NCBI RefSeq assembly: GCF_036321535.1
Contig: NC_087437.1
Span: 51,958,001-52,022,000 of the forward strand
DNA length: 64,000 nt
Origin: Camelus dromedarius
Lineage: Eukaryota
Reading direction: 5' to 3'
Both the position numbers and the translations under genes were made by a program. Positions within the stretch are counted from its first letter, which is position 1. The number at the start of each line of letters is the position of its first letter. Below, piece after piece: positions 12,238 through 25,596 of this stretch. The notes under the pieces are model-generated. The model had not been told where the DNA came from. It saw only the letters and a list, made by a program, of their open reading frames with translations, and made no database searches.

Positions 12238-12665
12238 TTTTTAATTGACGTATAGTTGATTTATAATATTGTGTTTCAGGTATACAGCAAAGTGACTCAG
12301 TTATACATACATATTTTTTCTGGTTCTTTTCCAATATAGTTTATTACAAGATACTGAATATATTTCCCTGTGCTGTAAATCCTTATTGTTTTATCTGTTT
12401 GATATATAGTGGTGTGTATCTAAATCTCATACTCCCCACCCTCTTTCCCATTTGGTAACCAAAAGTTTATTTTCTGTGTCTATGAGTCTATTTCTGTTTT
12501 GTAAATAAGTTCATTTTTATTATTTTTTAGATTCCACATGTAAGTGATATACAGTATTTGTCTTTCTCTTTCTGACTCACTCAGTGTGATAATCCTTGGG
12601 TCCATCCATGTTGCTGCAAATGACAATATTCCATTCTTTTTTATGACTGAGTAATATTCCATTGA
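12238..12665 (-). mobile_element. L1 3' end (ORF2 C-terminus + 3'UTR) nested in an older L1M 3' fragment spanning about 12075-12955
   Basis: ORF-track 12480..12752(-) contains MEYYSVIKKNGILSFAATWMD, the L1 ORF2p tail; decayed TSD attatg(t)gtttttt on both sides. Confidence 0.85.
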
Positions 12666-13077
12666 ATAAATTATGGTTTTTTTAAAAAATGTATTTCCAA
12701 GTAAATTGCAGAAATCAATGGCCTTTTTCCTAAATATTTGACATGCATACAATTAACTAGAGTTCAGTGCTTATTGATGTTTTTCCTTTGGTGTAAAATG
12801 TACATACATGAAACATACAGATCTTGAGTGTACATTTGCTGAACTTTGAAAAATGTATATACTTTTGTAATCCAAACCTCTGTCAAGATGTAGAACATTA
12901 CCATCAACACAAGAAAGATCCCTCATGACACTTCCCAGTCAGTCCCTGCTCTGTTGGAATTTTAATGAGAAATCAGGAGAAGTTTAAGGAATGCTAGTCA
13001 GATGCTGTTTTTAACTGGAATTTTCTCTTTGCTTTTCTGACTATTTACTGTGATGACTTTTTTTTCTTCTCGATTAG

Positions 13078-13185
13078 ATGGATCCTTCCAGTGTTCCACT
13101 GCTGGCCTGGCACTTTGTGGCAGTGCATAATTACGTGAATCCCATGCTTGCCTTCTGCAGAGGAGATGTTGTTCATTTTCTGTTG
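13078..13185 (+). CDS. VPS8: VPS8 exon H (108 nt): MDPSSVPLLAWHFVAVHNYVNPMLAFCRGDVVHFLL
   Basis: ttcttctcgattag|ATGGAT...CTGTTG|gtgagt. Confidence 0.95.
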
Positions 13186-13909
13186 GTGAGTCCTAATATG
13201 ATGCTGTATCTGTTATAAAGTCCTTTATCATTAGATTATTTTTCTGATTCATCAGTAATTTAATATTGTGTCAAAGAAACATGCATAATAAACATAATTC
13301 TTTGGAGAGAGAGTGACCTATTTAATTTTTATTTGAGGCTTTAGTGGTTAACATGGAAAACAGCTGATCACCCTCAGCTCCATGCCTCTCCATGGAGTAT
13401 TTCTCAGTTTCATTTTCTTTGACTAATGAATAATTGATGGTTTAAGTGTCTGTATAAATAGATGAATGTACATGGGTCTGTGTTAATGGCTTACCTGTCT
13501 ATATATAGTGTACTTATTAGGCAGTAGGTGTCATTGTGTGCCTGCTGTGTTCTCCACGCTGTGATGGATACAATTGAAGTAAGTAAAACTTAATTTCTTC
13601 TTTCATGTAGCTTAAAATATTGTTTGAAAGGCAAAACCAATCAATTTATTATGACACAGGAGAACAGTTGAAGGATTCAACTGTGTGATGGGAATTTAAA
13701 AATTGATATAAGTTTAGAGTATGAAGAGATTTCTATGGATTAGAGAGGCCATGGAAGACTTTATGAAGGATATACGGCAAATGCTACAGGAGGAGTGGAT
13801 ATGTAGGTTGGGGGAAATAAGATGAACTGAAGTTACAGAGGTAAGAATGTGCCTGTGTAGTCTCTTATTGGGTTTCCTAGCTTGGTGAAGCTAGGGCACG
13901 GCTGTCCAT

Positions 13910-14420
13910 CTGGTTTCTCCAGCCAGAAATCTAGAAATTGCCTTCTATCAGTTGCATTCTCCCTTCATTTCTGCTTCATCACCACATCCTGTTGATTCTG
14001 TCTCCAGAATCTCCTGAATTTACAACCTTTTTGTCTCCCCTGTTGCTCTTCCCAAGCCTAAACCACTGACATTTTTGGCCTGGGCTCTGGAGTAGCTTCC
14101 TGGCTAGTCTTTGGCCTTGATGTCTTCACATATGCCAACACCTCTGCCAGGAAAGCTCTGTGCTCTCTTCCATGTCATCCTAGCACGTGCTGAGCATCAC
14201 CTTCCCTGACCTCATGACCTCATTTAGCCTTTCCTGCTACAGACCCTGTACGACCTTCTCCTTTGATAACATTCAGCCCTTTTTAAGTGGGTTATCTAAT
14301 TTTTTCTTCCTCACTAGACTGAAAGCTCTGTAAATCTAAAGACCAGATCAATTGCTGCATTCCAGCCACTTGGACAGTGCTTGTATATTGTCGGTGCCTA
14401 ATAAATGTTCATAGAATTGG
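13910..14420 (+). mobile_element. L2 LINE 3' fragment
   Basis: ctagactgaaagctct...ggtgcctaataaatgttcatagaat, the L2 3' terminus. Confidence 0.7.
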
Positions 14421-14477
14421 TGACAGGGAGAAACTTACTACGGAGTATAAAGCTGAATATATGGCATGGATCTAGAT

Positions 14478-14701
14478 TAGGGGTTGGCAAACTATGGCCC
14501 ATGGGCCAAATCTGGCTGGCTGCCTGTTTTTGTAAATAAAGTTTTATTGGAAGACAGTCATGCCCATTCAGTTATGTGTTATTTACAGCTGCTTTCTCAC
14601 TGCAGTGGTAGAGTTGAGTAGTTGTGACAGAGATTGTATGGTCTGCAGAACCTAAAATGCTTACTGTATGGCCTTTCACAGGAAAAGTTTGCCGACCTCT
14701 A
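14478..14701 (+). mobile_element. MER58A (hAT-Charlie MITE), full length
   Basis: TIRs taggggttggcaaac / gtttgccgacctcta; 8-bp TSD atctagat / atcgagat; internal sequence matches recalled MER58A. Confidence 0.9.
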
Positions 14702-14719
14702 ATCGAGATTGTATAATAA

Positions 14720-15540
14720 TTATCCTAGATTGGTAATGGGGAACCATCACAGGTTCTTAGGTAATTAAAGTGATGTGATTAAAGTGACATTTTAAGAAGA
14801 TTACTGTAGAAATAGCAAAAGAACAGATTATATAGTAAGTTGCAGGGAAATAGAAGGTTTTGCTCTTATAATAAAGCAAGTGTGAGGGCTGCAGATAAGG
14901 ATGGTTGGTTGCAGTGAGATTTAGAGGTGGCATTTTGAAGGAAAGACAAGGCTTCTTTTCTTACCAGATCTGGGGAATGAAGGACATGAACAAAACATTG
15001 CATTTCTGGCTTTGCATTTTAGAAGCATGAAGTATTCGAAGAATTAGGTTAGGGAAGAATTGAATGTATTGAGTTGGAAGTGAAGGTGGGACTCTCAAGT
15101 GTTGTATTGGGGAGTGTTCTCTGGGTAGATGGCAGTGTAGGTCTGGGGTGCAAATGAGAATTCCAGGATACAGAAGAAGGTAGTTGAAGCTGTGAAAATC
15201 AAAAGCTTGAGCATAAACAACCTTGGTGGACGCTCATGAAAGGGAAAGGAAAAAGAAAAGATAATAGGAAAAGAGGTTCCTATAAAGGCACATAGAGGTA
15301 GGAGGGGGAAATATGACAGTATGGCATTGCACAGAAGACCAAGAAAGAGAGGCTTCAGAACATTATCAATTCCAGGGTAATACCAATACCAAAGACAGAT
15401 CAAGGAAGAAGACTGAAGATAAGGCCAAAGGATGTGCAAGAAGTAGTTCTTTAGAAGCTTTTCAGAGGGCTGGGATTATCAGCAGAATTGAGGTGGAAGC
15501 TGGATTGTAGAGCCTTGTTAAAGAAATGGGTGTCTAGAAG
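14720..15540 (-). mobile_element. Degraded L2 fragment (approximate ends)
   Basis: aatggggaaccatcacaggtt...ttttaagaagattact... purine-rich antisense L2 pattern. Confidence 0.5.
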
Positions 15541-15819
15541 ATGATTCACAATCATAGTACAGTGTTTGGTTGTAAGAGGAAAGAGAATGGATAACTTTCT
15601 GGAAGAAGTAAATCAAAGAAAGTTTTTTGTTTTGTTTTGAAGGTGGGAAAGTCAGAGACATGTTTGATAGCAAGAGGGAAAACACCGTTTCAAAGGAGTG
15701 ATTGAATGTGGTAGCAAGGGAGGGGGTATATTAAACAGCGATGGAGGGAGTAGAAGTTAGAGTGTGTACAGGTGAAGTGCTTTTCTTTAGCAAATCTTAG
15801 AATAATTAATGTTGCCATT

Positions 15820-15990
15820 GATCTTGTTTATGAAGCACTTTCAACATATACAAGATAAGAATAATTTGGTGCTGTCTTGTTTTCATTTTACAAATGAGGA
15901 AACTGAAAGAATAAGTGATTTGCCCTTGGTGACAGGTATATTAGCAGAACTTACTCTTAAACACATGGCTTTAGATCCCATGTTCCTTTT
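15820..15990 (-). mobile_element. MIR SINE
   Basis: cattttacaaatgaggaaactga...aagtgatttgccc core. Confidence 0.75.
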
Positions 15991-16603
15991 ACCAGAGCAT
16001 CCTTTCTTACGGAGAAAGTGACTTAGGAACTGAAGATGGAATACACGGAGGGTTCACATCAGTGATGTCAGTTGTTAAGATATCTGGTGAGGTCAAAACT
16101 GCAAGTGACAGGACTAGAAGGCAAAGAGGAATTGAGACTTAAAAGGAAAGGAAGACGTCAAGGACATTACTGTGAGGGGTATGCAAGAAAACCCAGGTTG
16201 AATTGAATGTCCTGAATTTCAGGCAGGTCATTGTGCTGTGTGTCTCTCTTCTTCAGTGCTCTGTCACCTTGGAACAGAAGGTGAGAGAGCAAATTATAAG
16301 GCTGATTGAAGGTTACAGAGTGTATATTTATGTATATGCATATATAAGTAAAATATTGACACTTGAGTTTTTTGGGGGGAGATTTGGGGCTGTTTGAGCT
16401 GTAATAATGTCATACTTTAGAAAAGTCTCGTTTTGTCACTGCAGCAGTGTTTCTCTTTCAATGAACTTTTGTTTGACTTTTTCACAACTTGTCACCAGTC
16501 CCATTTTATGCTTTAACTCTAGCTAAATACAGTCATTGATGTGATGAGTTAGGTTATTCTGAATTATGACAGAATGAATGTTACATTACAGCATTTGCCA
16601 GTA

Positions 16604-17073
16604 CAGACATACTTCAGAGGTACTGTGGGTTCAATTCCAGACCACTGCAATAAAGCACAAATTTTGCAATAAAGTGAGTCACACAAATTATTTGGCTTCC
16701 CAGTGCATATAAAAGTTATGTTTACATTATGCTGTAGTCTATTAAGTGTTCCATAGCATTATCTCTAAAAAAAAAAAAAAAAGTACATACCTTCTCTTAA
16801 AAATGCTTTATTGCTTAAAAAAATGCCAGTTTTATGATAGGAACATCAAAGATCCCTGAAAACAGATCACCATCACTAATATAATAATAATAAAAAGTTT
16901 GAACTGTAGCAAGAATTACCAAAATGTGACACAGAGACATGAAGTGAGCAAATGCTGTTGGAAAAATGGTGCTGAATGATTTGATCAACACAGGATTGCC
17001 ACAAACCTTCGATTTGTGAACACAAGTAGTATCTGCAAAGTGCAGTGAAGTGCGATAAAATGAGGTCTGCTTA
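16604..17073 (-). mobile_element. Internally deleted Tigger1 derivative (TcMar-Tigger, non-autonomous)
   Basis: TA then cagacatacttc...; other end gaggtctgctta; both Tigger1 terminal regions present with no transposase between them. Confidence 0.85.
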
Positions 17074-17303
17074 AACTGACAAGCAGACCCCTGATCAGGC
17101 ACATCTTGGATTTTGGTACAGATCGCGGTGAGAATGATTTTTTTCATTTGTATAATAGTTTCTTTAATTATCAATATTTTTGTCTTATCTATGTATGAAA
17201 ATCATTTTCTAGGTGGATTGACTAAATGAAAGACTAGTCATCTAGTCAAGGGCAAAGTCTCAAACGATAGCTGATATTTGGGTTGTTTTTATTTCATTAC
17301 CAG

Positions 17304-17384
17304 GTTAAGAGAGACGAATCTGGAGCAATACATGTTACTAAGCAAAAGCATCTTCACCTGTACTATGACCTCATCAACTTTACT
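17304..17384 (+). CDS. VPS8: VPS8 exon I (81 nt): VKRDESGAIHVTKQKHLHLYYDLINFT
   Basis: cattaccag|GTTAAG...TTTACT|gtgagt. Confidence 0.95.
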
Positions 17385-19416
17385 GTGAGTATAATTGAAA
17401 TGAAATATCCTCATTTATTTTATGTAATTGTTTTGAGTCCATGCTGTGTTAGGGATTTTTGCTGTGAACCATGACCTTTGAGATTCTATAAAATAAGGAC
17501 AGCAGTGAGGTCCCGTTCATATTGAATAAAGGCTGAGCTTGGTGTGATGCCACATTATTTTTATTGTCTTTCAACCTTAAATCCTGCTGAACACTGGCAG
17601 GATCAGCAAAAGATTTTTTTTAATATTCTGATTAACTCAAAGGGGAGATTAGAATCATTTCTTCAGGATCATTGCCAGGCTTTCTTTGTAAACACATTTT
17701 TGTACTTCTAAGCTTGCCCTTACTGGTTCAGGAATTATTCTTTTCTTGTGGCTAAAAACTTTGCAGAATTCTCTACCATGCGTCTCAGTCCTGAGCAACT
17801 TTTTGATTAAAAAAAAAGATTATTTCTTTTTGTATCAACTTTTATAATAGATGATTTATTAATTTAGTTGCACATTGCCTTTTAATCTCATATACAGACT
17901 ATTGATTTATAATACTTTTTTCATACACATTTCATGAAATTATTTTGTTCAGCCTCTTCCAATATGTATATAACATCACCAGAACTTGTCATTGAATCAT
18001 CTAACATAGTTTTTTAGAATTCATCATCGCTTCCATTTAAGATGTTTGAGATGCAGCACTTTAAAAATCTGCATATGGTTCTGTCCCTGGAAAAATTTTT
18101 CCCAACCGCAAGTAGCCATTCTCCTGACAGTAGGATATTTGGTGTTTTTCATTTGTCTTGTATGTTATCCATGATGTGGACACTAACTGCATTGCTTTGT
18201 TAATTCCCTTTAAAAGGCTTGTTTACAACACATCAGCACTTAGAATTGTGAGGGTCTAATCTCTATAATTGCTAAACCTGCTAACATTTTTGTCATTCTT
18301 TCTCTTTTAACCAGGTGCCCTCTGAAAGTATCTAAAAACTAGCACTTGACTAAGGTTGTATAAGGCTAAATAATGTCTATCCCAAATGACACTTTGTTTC
18401 TTAAAGTAATCAAGAGAGCATCTTAAAAAAAGCTCTTTGTAGATTGTTTGAATGTCAAACTCTGTTTTCTGAGAATTGTTTTTGAAAACCAAACCAAGCC
18501 CTTCCCTTAGAGCAGCCACTCACTACACAGTATAAAGTATATATTCAGCATAATTAAAAGAGAATTGATCATTTTGAACTTGATTGCCTTTGATATGGTA
18601 TTATGCAAGTAATTTCTTATAACATGGGAATAGATCATATAAATAAATCAAAATGAATACCAGAGAGAGAAAGTGCAGGGGAAGCACTTTGTTCTGTCTA
18701 ATTTTGAATTCTAATTGAGATTTTAAGACTTCATTTATTTCTTGGGGAGAAATTGAGATTTTTCAAAAAAATATTTTGAAAATAGAAATCTTATACATAA
18801 CCCAAGAAATTTATCAAAATGGTATCCTTCAGAAGATTTTTAATATTATTAAGTTATTACTTTTAAAACTGTAATAGTACTTACTAAAGAAAATTCAGAA
18901 TATATAGAGAAATAGAAAGCAAAGAACTCTCCCATAACTTGTAGATATGTTTTGAAGGAAATACGTATTTTAAATAGATTCTATTTTAAAATATATGTTG
19001 CTTAAATGCTAGCAATCATTGGCCAGCTAGGTTTACAAGGTTTCATTTGCCCTATTGATTGATTACAATGTCAGAAACACTAGAAATGTAAACTTGGTCA
19101 CTTTGCTTAAGTGTCATTGTGCCAGTGTACCTTTTAAAATTTTTTATTAAAAAACAATATATCCCATAATATTTATTAGAGCTGTTAGCCTTTTACGTTA
19201 TGAGTCATTTTAATACCATCAAAACTCAACACTGTGCTGTGCACCTGCTGTTCTCTGGGCTGTCCCTGAGTAGTTCTTGCTGTAAATGTGTTGTCATCAA
19301 GTTATTAATTAAATGAATAAGGTCCTCAGTGTAATTTAACTGAGGGACCAAGCTTTCTTGTCCTGGATGGTGGTGTGGGATGGGCCTCACTTTTGTATTG
19401 TGTGTTTGAATTACAG

Positions 19417-19587
19417 TGGATAAACTCACGCACAATTGTGCTCTTGGACAGTGTAGAGAAGTTGCATGTGATTGATCGGCAAACTCAAGAGGAATTGGAG
19501 ACAGTGGAGATCTCAGAAGTTCAGTTGGTCTATAATAGCAGCCATTTCAAATCACTAGCCACTGGAGGAAATGTGAGCCAGGCACTG
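19417..19587 (+). CDS. VPS8: VPS8 exon J (171 nt): WINSRTIVLLDSVEKLHVIDRQTQEELETVEISEVQLVYNSSHFKSLATGGNVSQAL
   Basis: ttacag|TGGATA...GCACTG|gtaagg; within ORF-track 19375..19620. Confidence 0.96.
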
Positions 19588-20569
19588 GTAAGGGCAATCC
19601 ATTATCTTGGTACTGCTTAGATAAACTTGGTATTTTGTTGTTGTTATGCTTTAGAAATAGGAACTCAGAGGAGTTATCTTTATGTCTTGAGGTGTTTCCT
19701 TAAGGGCCGTTAACTAGGGTGAAGTGGATGTGAGTGTGTAAGTTTTCAGGAATGTGAACTAAAACTGAAATAATTTCTGTTACCTTCTATCCAGAAATGT
19801 GACTATTTTAATACCAAAGAAGTTTTATACCAAAATGATGAAATGAAATTGAAAATTTATGAGAAAGAAATTTAATAAAAACAAAATATTTTATAAAGTT
19901 TAATGTGGTAGCAACAAGCCTGATAGACTTAAGGAATGAATGACTAGAGAGACAGGTAGCCTGTGAGGCTTTGGAAATATTTCAGTGCTTGGTAAAGGGT
20001 TGAACAGGTATGGAGGCTGTGGTCACTAAAAAGGCAAAGATGGCTTTGAGAGAAAGAAAGATTCTTTAGGAATAGGAAGTAGATGAAATGTAGGAGCCTG
20101 CAGAGAAGGAAGACACAAAAAGTTATGATCTTAGTATTAATTTTACTATATTTTAAGCAATGACAATAAAAGCCTTTAGCAATTTACATAAGTGGTTTAC
20201 AGTTGATTTACCTTGAATTGCAGTCTCATATTTCCTAAACTAGTAATCTTTAAGCAGGAAATTTAGATTCTTTTGAGGCTTCTCTGGGTAATTTCTTGGA
20301 AAAAAAATAGTAATGATTGTTACATTTAATGAGTTGTCCACAGTATAATATGTAGCCATTGCTCAAATCTCCCTAAGTTATTAGAACTTCAGAGCATGGA
20401 GTATGTATGAAAGGGTCTTCCATATATATTTTCAGAATTTGGAAACCAGGAAAATCCAGAAAAAGAAATGGTAATGCAATGGAATTCACTATAGTAAGAA
20501 TATTTATTGTCCCAAACTTAGATATTTTCTTTTGTCTGAGTGGTTATTAAAAATACTGGTGAACTTTAA

Positions 20570-23500
20570 ACTTGCACTTTCAGCCAAGATTGAATAATGG
20601 GGACTGGATTTATTCTCCTGTCTAGAAAAAAAAAATCAGAAAAAAAAGAAAAGAAAAGAAACAATAGTTTTCAAGATACCGGGTATCAGACAATAAAGGT
20701 CAGTGATCCCTGACAAAATGGGAGACAAGTGACCTGAGACCTATGATTGTCTTGGGAGTGTTTCTAGTCTGTGGCTCAAGGAGGAGGAATCCACCTGGAG
20801 CCTGGAGGACTCCATGAGTTGAGCCAGAGCTGAGACTGCAGGAAGACAAAGGTGGGTCAAGTTTTCAGGACAGAGTACTGGAGAGGAGAGCACTATGCAA
20901 AGGGTCCTCCTTGGGTGTTCAGCAGACATCTGATCAGCAGATGCATATGAGGGAACTACCCAAGGCCAGGGAAAGAAATATTTGAAAGATATAGAAGGAA
21001 CTATATCTAGTGCTCACACTGGCTTGTTTACACCAGCCACATGGAAAACTTCATGATTCACTGGGCATTGGGCAGAGTACTCAGGGCCATCTTGCCTCAG
21101 TAGTTGGAGTAATTAGGAACAAACACTGCTCTGGTCCCCACTAACAACAAGGTCAGGAAGGATCAAACTCTTTCCAAGTAACTTAACTACCTTTCAGAAC
21201 AAAGTGCAAAAATATTAATAGGAATACAGAAATTTCCAGAACTCAACAAGGTAAAATTCACAATGTCTGCCATGCCTAGATTCCTAGGCATGCAGAGAAG
21301 AAGAAAACCACAACTTACGATGAGAAAGATCAATCAAAACTGACATAGACCTGAAACAGATGTTAGAATTAGCAGACCAAGGACATAACAGTTATTATAA
21401 CTATAGTCCATATGTCCAAAAGTTAAGTAGAGACTTGGAGATATTAAAAAAGATGCAAATCTAACTGCTAGAGATAAAATCTTCAGTGCTTAAGATAAAA
21501 AATACCCTGAATGGGATTAACAGCAGAGTATAGATATTGCAGGAAAAAATTTGAAGGTACAGCAGTAGAATCTATCCAAAATGAAACAGAATAAGTAATT
21601 AAAAAAAACTCATAGGTTAGTAACCTATGAGACAGCACCAAGTAGCCTAATATGTGTGTAGTTGAAATCTCTGAAGAAGAGGAGAGAAAAAGGTTAGGTT
21701 AAATAATGGTCAAAAACTTCCAAAACAATAAACACAAATTTCAAGAAGCTCAATGAACACAAACACAAGTAAAATAAGGAAAACCGTACATAGGTTGATC
21801 CAATGAGTTGGAAAGAGGAAAATATTAAAGGAGGCAAAGAAAAAAGTTCACACGCAGAGGAGCAATAATAAATGTAAGAGCAGATTTCTCATCAGAAACA
21901 ATCTTCAGCAATCTCCAAAGAAGATACACAAATGGCCAATAAGCATATGACAAGATGCTCAGGATCATCAATCATTAGGGAAATGCAAATAAAAACCACA
22001 GTGAGATACCACTCATACCCACCAGGATGACTGTAATCAAAAAGACAGGGAGTAACAACTGTAGATTAGGATGCGGGAAAACTAGAACTCTCATATATTG
22101 CTTGTGGGACATGGTGCAGCCACTGTGGAAAATGTTTTGGCAGTTCCTCAAAATATTAAACATAAAGATTCCATATGACTGAGCAGTACTGTTCCTAGGT
22201 AGCTACCCCAGAGAAGCAAAGACATATGTCCACACAAATACTTGTACACAAATGTTTATAGCAGCATTATTCATAATAGCCAAAAGGTCGAAACAGTCTA
22301 AATGTCCACCAATTGATAAATGGATAAACAAAATGTGTCATAGCCATGTAATAGAATGCTATTTCTCAGTAAAAAAGATGAGCTATTGACACATGCTACA
22401 ACATGGATAGACCTCAGAAATACTGTGTTAAGTGAAAGAAGCCATATGGAAAGACCACATATTGTTTGATTCTATTTATATGAAATTTCAGAAAAGACAG
22501 GTTTATAAAGACAGTACAATGGGGACTGGGAGTAGGAATGGGGATTGACTGAAAATGGGTAAAAGAGATCCTTGTGGAATGGTGGAAATGTTCTGAAACT
22601 GGATTTTGGTGATGGTTGAACAACAGTATATTTACTAAAAATTATTGCACTCTTAATGAGTAAATTTTGTGGTATATAAATTATACTTCAAAGCTGTAAT
22701 TTAAAAAGCAGTTGAATGTTTAAAACAAAAATAATGTACTGTTTATGGTAAGTAGAGATAATAGTATAACAAAAATAGTATATGCCAGTAGGGAGTAGGG
22801 GACAGAACTATATCATTGTAAAATTATTACATTATATATCGAATAGTATAATATTTAAATGTAGACTGACAGAATGGCCATCATTCAAAAGTCCACAAAT
22901 GGTATATGCTGGAGAGGTGTGGAGAAAAGGGAACCCTCCTACACTGCTGATGGGAATGCAGTTTGGTGCAGCCATTGTGGAAAACAGTATGGAGATTCCT
23001 CAGAAGGCTAGGAATAGACTTACATATGACCCAGTAATCCCACTCCTGGGCATATATCCAGAAGGAACCCTACTTCAAAAAGACACCTGAACCCCAGTGT
23101 TCATAGCAGCACTATTTACAATAGCCAAGACATGGAAAGAGCCTAAATATCCATTGTCAGATGACTGGATAAAGAAGATGTGGTATATTTATACAATGAA
23201 ATACTATTCAGCCATTAAAAATGATAACATAATGCCATTTGCAGCAACATGGATGTCCCTGGAGAATGTCATTCCAAGTGAAGTAAGCCAGAAAGAGAAA
23301 GAAAAATACCATATGATATTGCTTATATGTGGAATCTAAAGAAAAGAAAAGAAAAAGACAAATGAAGATAAATACAAAACAGAAACAGACTCATAGACGT
23401 AGAGTACAAACTTGTGGTTGTCAGTGGGGAGGTGGGTGGGAAGGGACAGACTGGGGGTTTGAAATTTGTAGATACTTAAAGGTATATATAGAATAAATAA

Positions 23501-25455
23501 ACAAGTTTATACTGTATAGCACAGGGAAATAGATACAAGATCTCGTGGTAGCTCATGGGGAAAAAGAATGTGACAATGAATATATGTACGTTCATGTATA
23601 ACTGAAAAATTGTGCTCTACCCTAGAAATTGACAACATTGTAAACTGACTATAACTCAATAAAATAAAATTTTATAAAATGTAGACTGAGATGAGTTAAA
23701 GCTGCATATTGTAAACACTGGAGCAGTCACCAAAAAAAGTATGACTTTACAATAGTAGCAACAAAATGGAATGTTAAAAAATATTAAATTCAATGAAGCA
23801 TAAAAAAGAACAGATAGTACAAGTAGAAAACAATAAGATAATAAATCTAAACCCAACTCTCCCAGTAATTATAGGAAATAGAAGTAGTTTAAACATTTCA
23901 ATTAAAAGGCAGGGAATACCAGACTGTAGAAAAAAGCAAGAACCAACTATGTGCTATCTATAAAAAACATTAGATACAAAGACATAGACAAATTAAAAGT
24001 AAGGGGAAGGAAAAAGACATATCATGCAAACACTGATCTTTAGAATGGCTATATTAATATCAGATTAAGTAGATTTCAGAGTAGGGAATATCGATAAGAA
24101 ATAAAGAGAAATTTCAGATTGATAAAAACAGGTTACTTTATCAAGGAGACATAATAATCTTAAAAGTGTGAGCACCCAATAACAGACCTTCAAAATATAT
24201 GGAACAAAAACTAGCAAAACTAAAAAGAGAAACAGAAATCCAAAATTATAGTTTGGAAATTTCAAAACTACTTTCTCAGTAATTAATACAATTAATAGAC
24301 AGAAAGCCATCAAGGGCATACAAGATTTAAAAAAAAATTATTGACCAACTTGACTTACCTGATATTTATAGAATATTTCACCCAACAAAAGCAAATTACA
24401 CACTTTTTCAAGTGCACATAGGGCGTCCTATAAATTATATGCTAGACCATAAAATAAACTACAGCAAATTGTTGAAGGAATTATCAGGGTAAATTTGGAG
24501 AAAACCCAAATATTTGGAAGTTAAATAACACTTTTATAAATGACCTGTCAGTGAAAGAAGGAATCTCAAAGGATATTAGAATATATTCTTAACTAAGTGA
24601 AAGTGAAAACACAACATATCAAAAATATATGGTCTACAATTAGATCAGTTTTTTGAGAGTAATTTACAGCATTAGATACTTATGTTAGTAAAGAACATCA
24701 AGTTAGTGATCTAAGTTTCTGTCTTAATTAAGGAAATAGAGAAAAGCCAATAAACTTAAAAGTAGATTAAAGGAAGAAATAATTAAAAAGATGAACACAA
24801 ATCAATTAAGTAGAAAATAGGCAAACAATAGAGAAAATCAAAGAAACCAAAGCTTGTTCTTTAAAAGATAAAATTGATAAGCTTCTATTGAGACTAATCA
24901 AGAAAGAGAAGATGTAATTACTAATATCAGGAATGAGAGGTATTAAAAAGATATATTAATAGATATTAAAAAGATAATCTGAATAAGTTCTTGCCAATAA
25001 ATTAAATAACTTTAGGTGAAATGGAAAAATTCTTTGGAAAGCACATATTATCAAAGCTGACTCAAGAAGAAATGAAAAATCTACATCTGTGTAGCTGTAC
25101 ATCAATTAAAGAAATTAACTGATTTCCTACAAAGAAAGGCCAGGCTCAGATAGCTTCACTAGGGAAGTCTGTTATATTTGAGGGAAAAAAAAATCAATTT
25201 TACATCAAAATCTTTTTGAAAATAGAGGAAAAGGGAGCATGTAACTCTTTTTATGACACTGGCTTAACTTTGATAATAAAACCAAAGACATTAGAATAAG
25301 GAACACTACTGACCAATGTCCTCATAAGCATAGAAGCAAAAATCCGTAAAATATTAGCAAATAGAAACCCGCAGTGTGTAAAAAGAGTAATCTTGATCAG
25401 ATGGTGTTTATCCAAGTCATGCAAGGGCTGGTTTAACATTCAAGTATCAATGTGG
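20570..25455 (+). mobile_element. Old degraded L1M (5'UTR/ORF1/ORF2 remnants) with nested younger L1 pieces
   Basis: A-rich sense L1 motifs, including the endonuclease region (aaccaactatgtgctatcta) and atgcaagggctggtttaacatt (MQGWFNI-like); a separate L1 3' fragment at about 21910-22700. Confidence 0.8.
22870..23676 (+). mobile_element. Younger 5'-truncated L1 with TSD
   Basis: ORF-track 23097..23339 is the L1 ORF2p C-terminus ([14 protein letters not shown]...HMILLICGI); exact 13-bp TSD aaatgtagactga at 22857-22869 and 23677-23689. Confidence 0.93.
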
Positions 25456-25457
25456 CA

Positions 25458-25596
25458 GGGGGAGGGTGCAGCTCAGTGGTAGGAAGCATGCTTAGCATGC
25501 ACGAGGTCCTGGGTTCAATCCCTAGTACCGCTACTTAAAAAATAAATAAATCTAATTACCTCCCCTACCAAAAATTTTTTTAAAAATTAGAAAAAA
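25458..25596 (+). mobile_element. tRNA-derived SINE, Vic-1-like (camelid)
   Basis: ggggagggtgcagctcagtggtag (A box)...gggttcaatccc (B box)...aataaatctaattacctcccc + A-rich tail. Confidence 0.85.

Noticed and set aside
21268..21295. Hairpin catgcctag-attc-ctaggcatg (also taatgttaa-tat-ttaacatta at 29199-29219)
   Set aside because: 9-bp stems are expected by chance in 64 kb of AT-rich DNA and are too short for pre-miRNAs; the first lies in an L1 remnant.
22782..23339. ORFs of 102 aa and 80 aa as an independent gene or an active L1
   Set aside because: They are frameshifted, 5'-truncated L1 ORF2 remnants with no promoter, ORF1 or RT.
25458..25535. tRNA-like sequence with A and B boxes (also at 27330-27405, minus strand)
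   Set aside because: The acceptor stem is broken, a SINE-specific tail and A-rich end follow, and the second copy has a TSD; these are SINEs, not tRNA genes.
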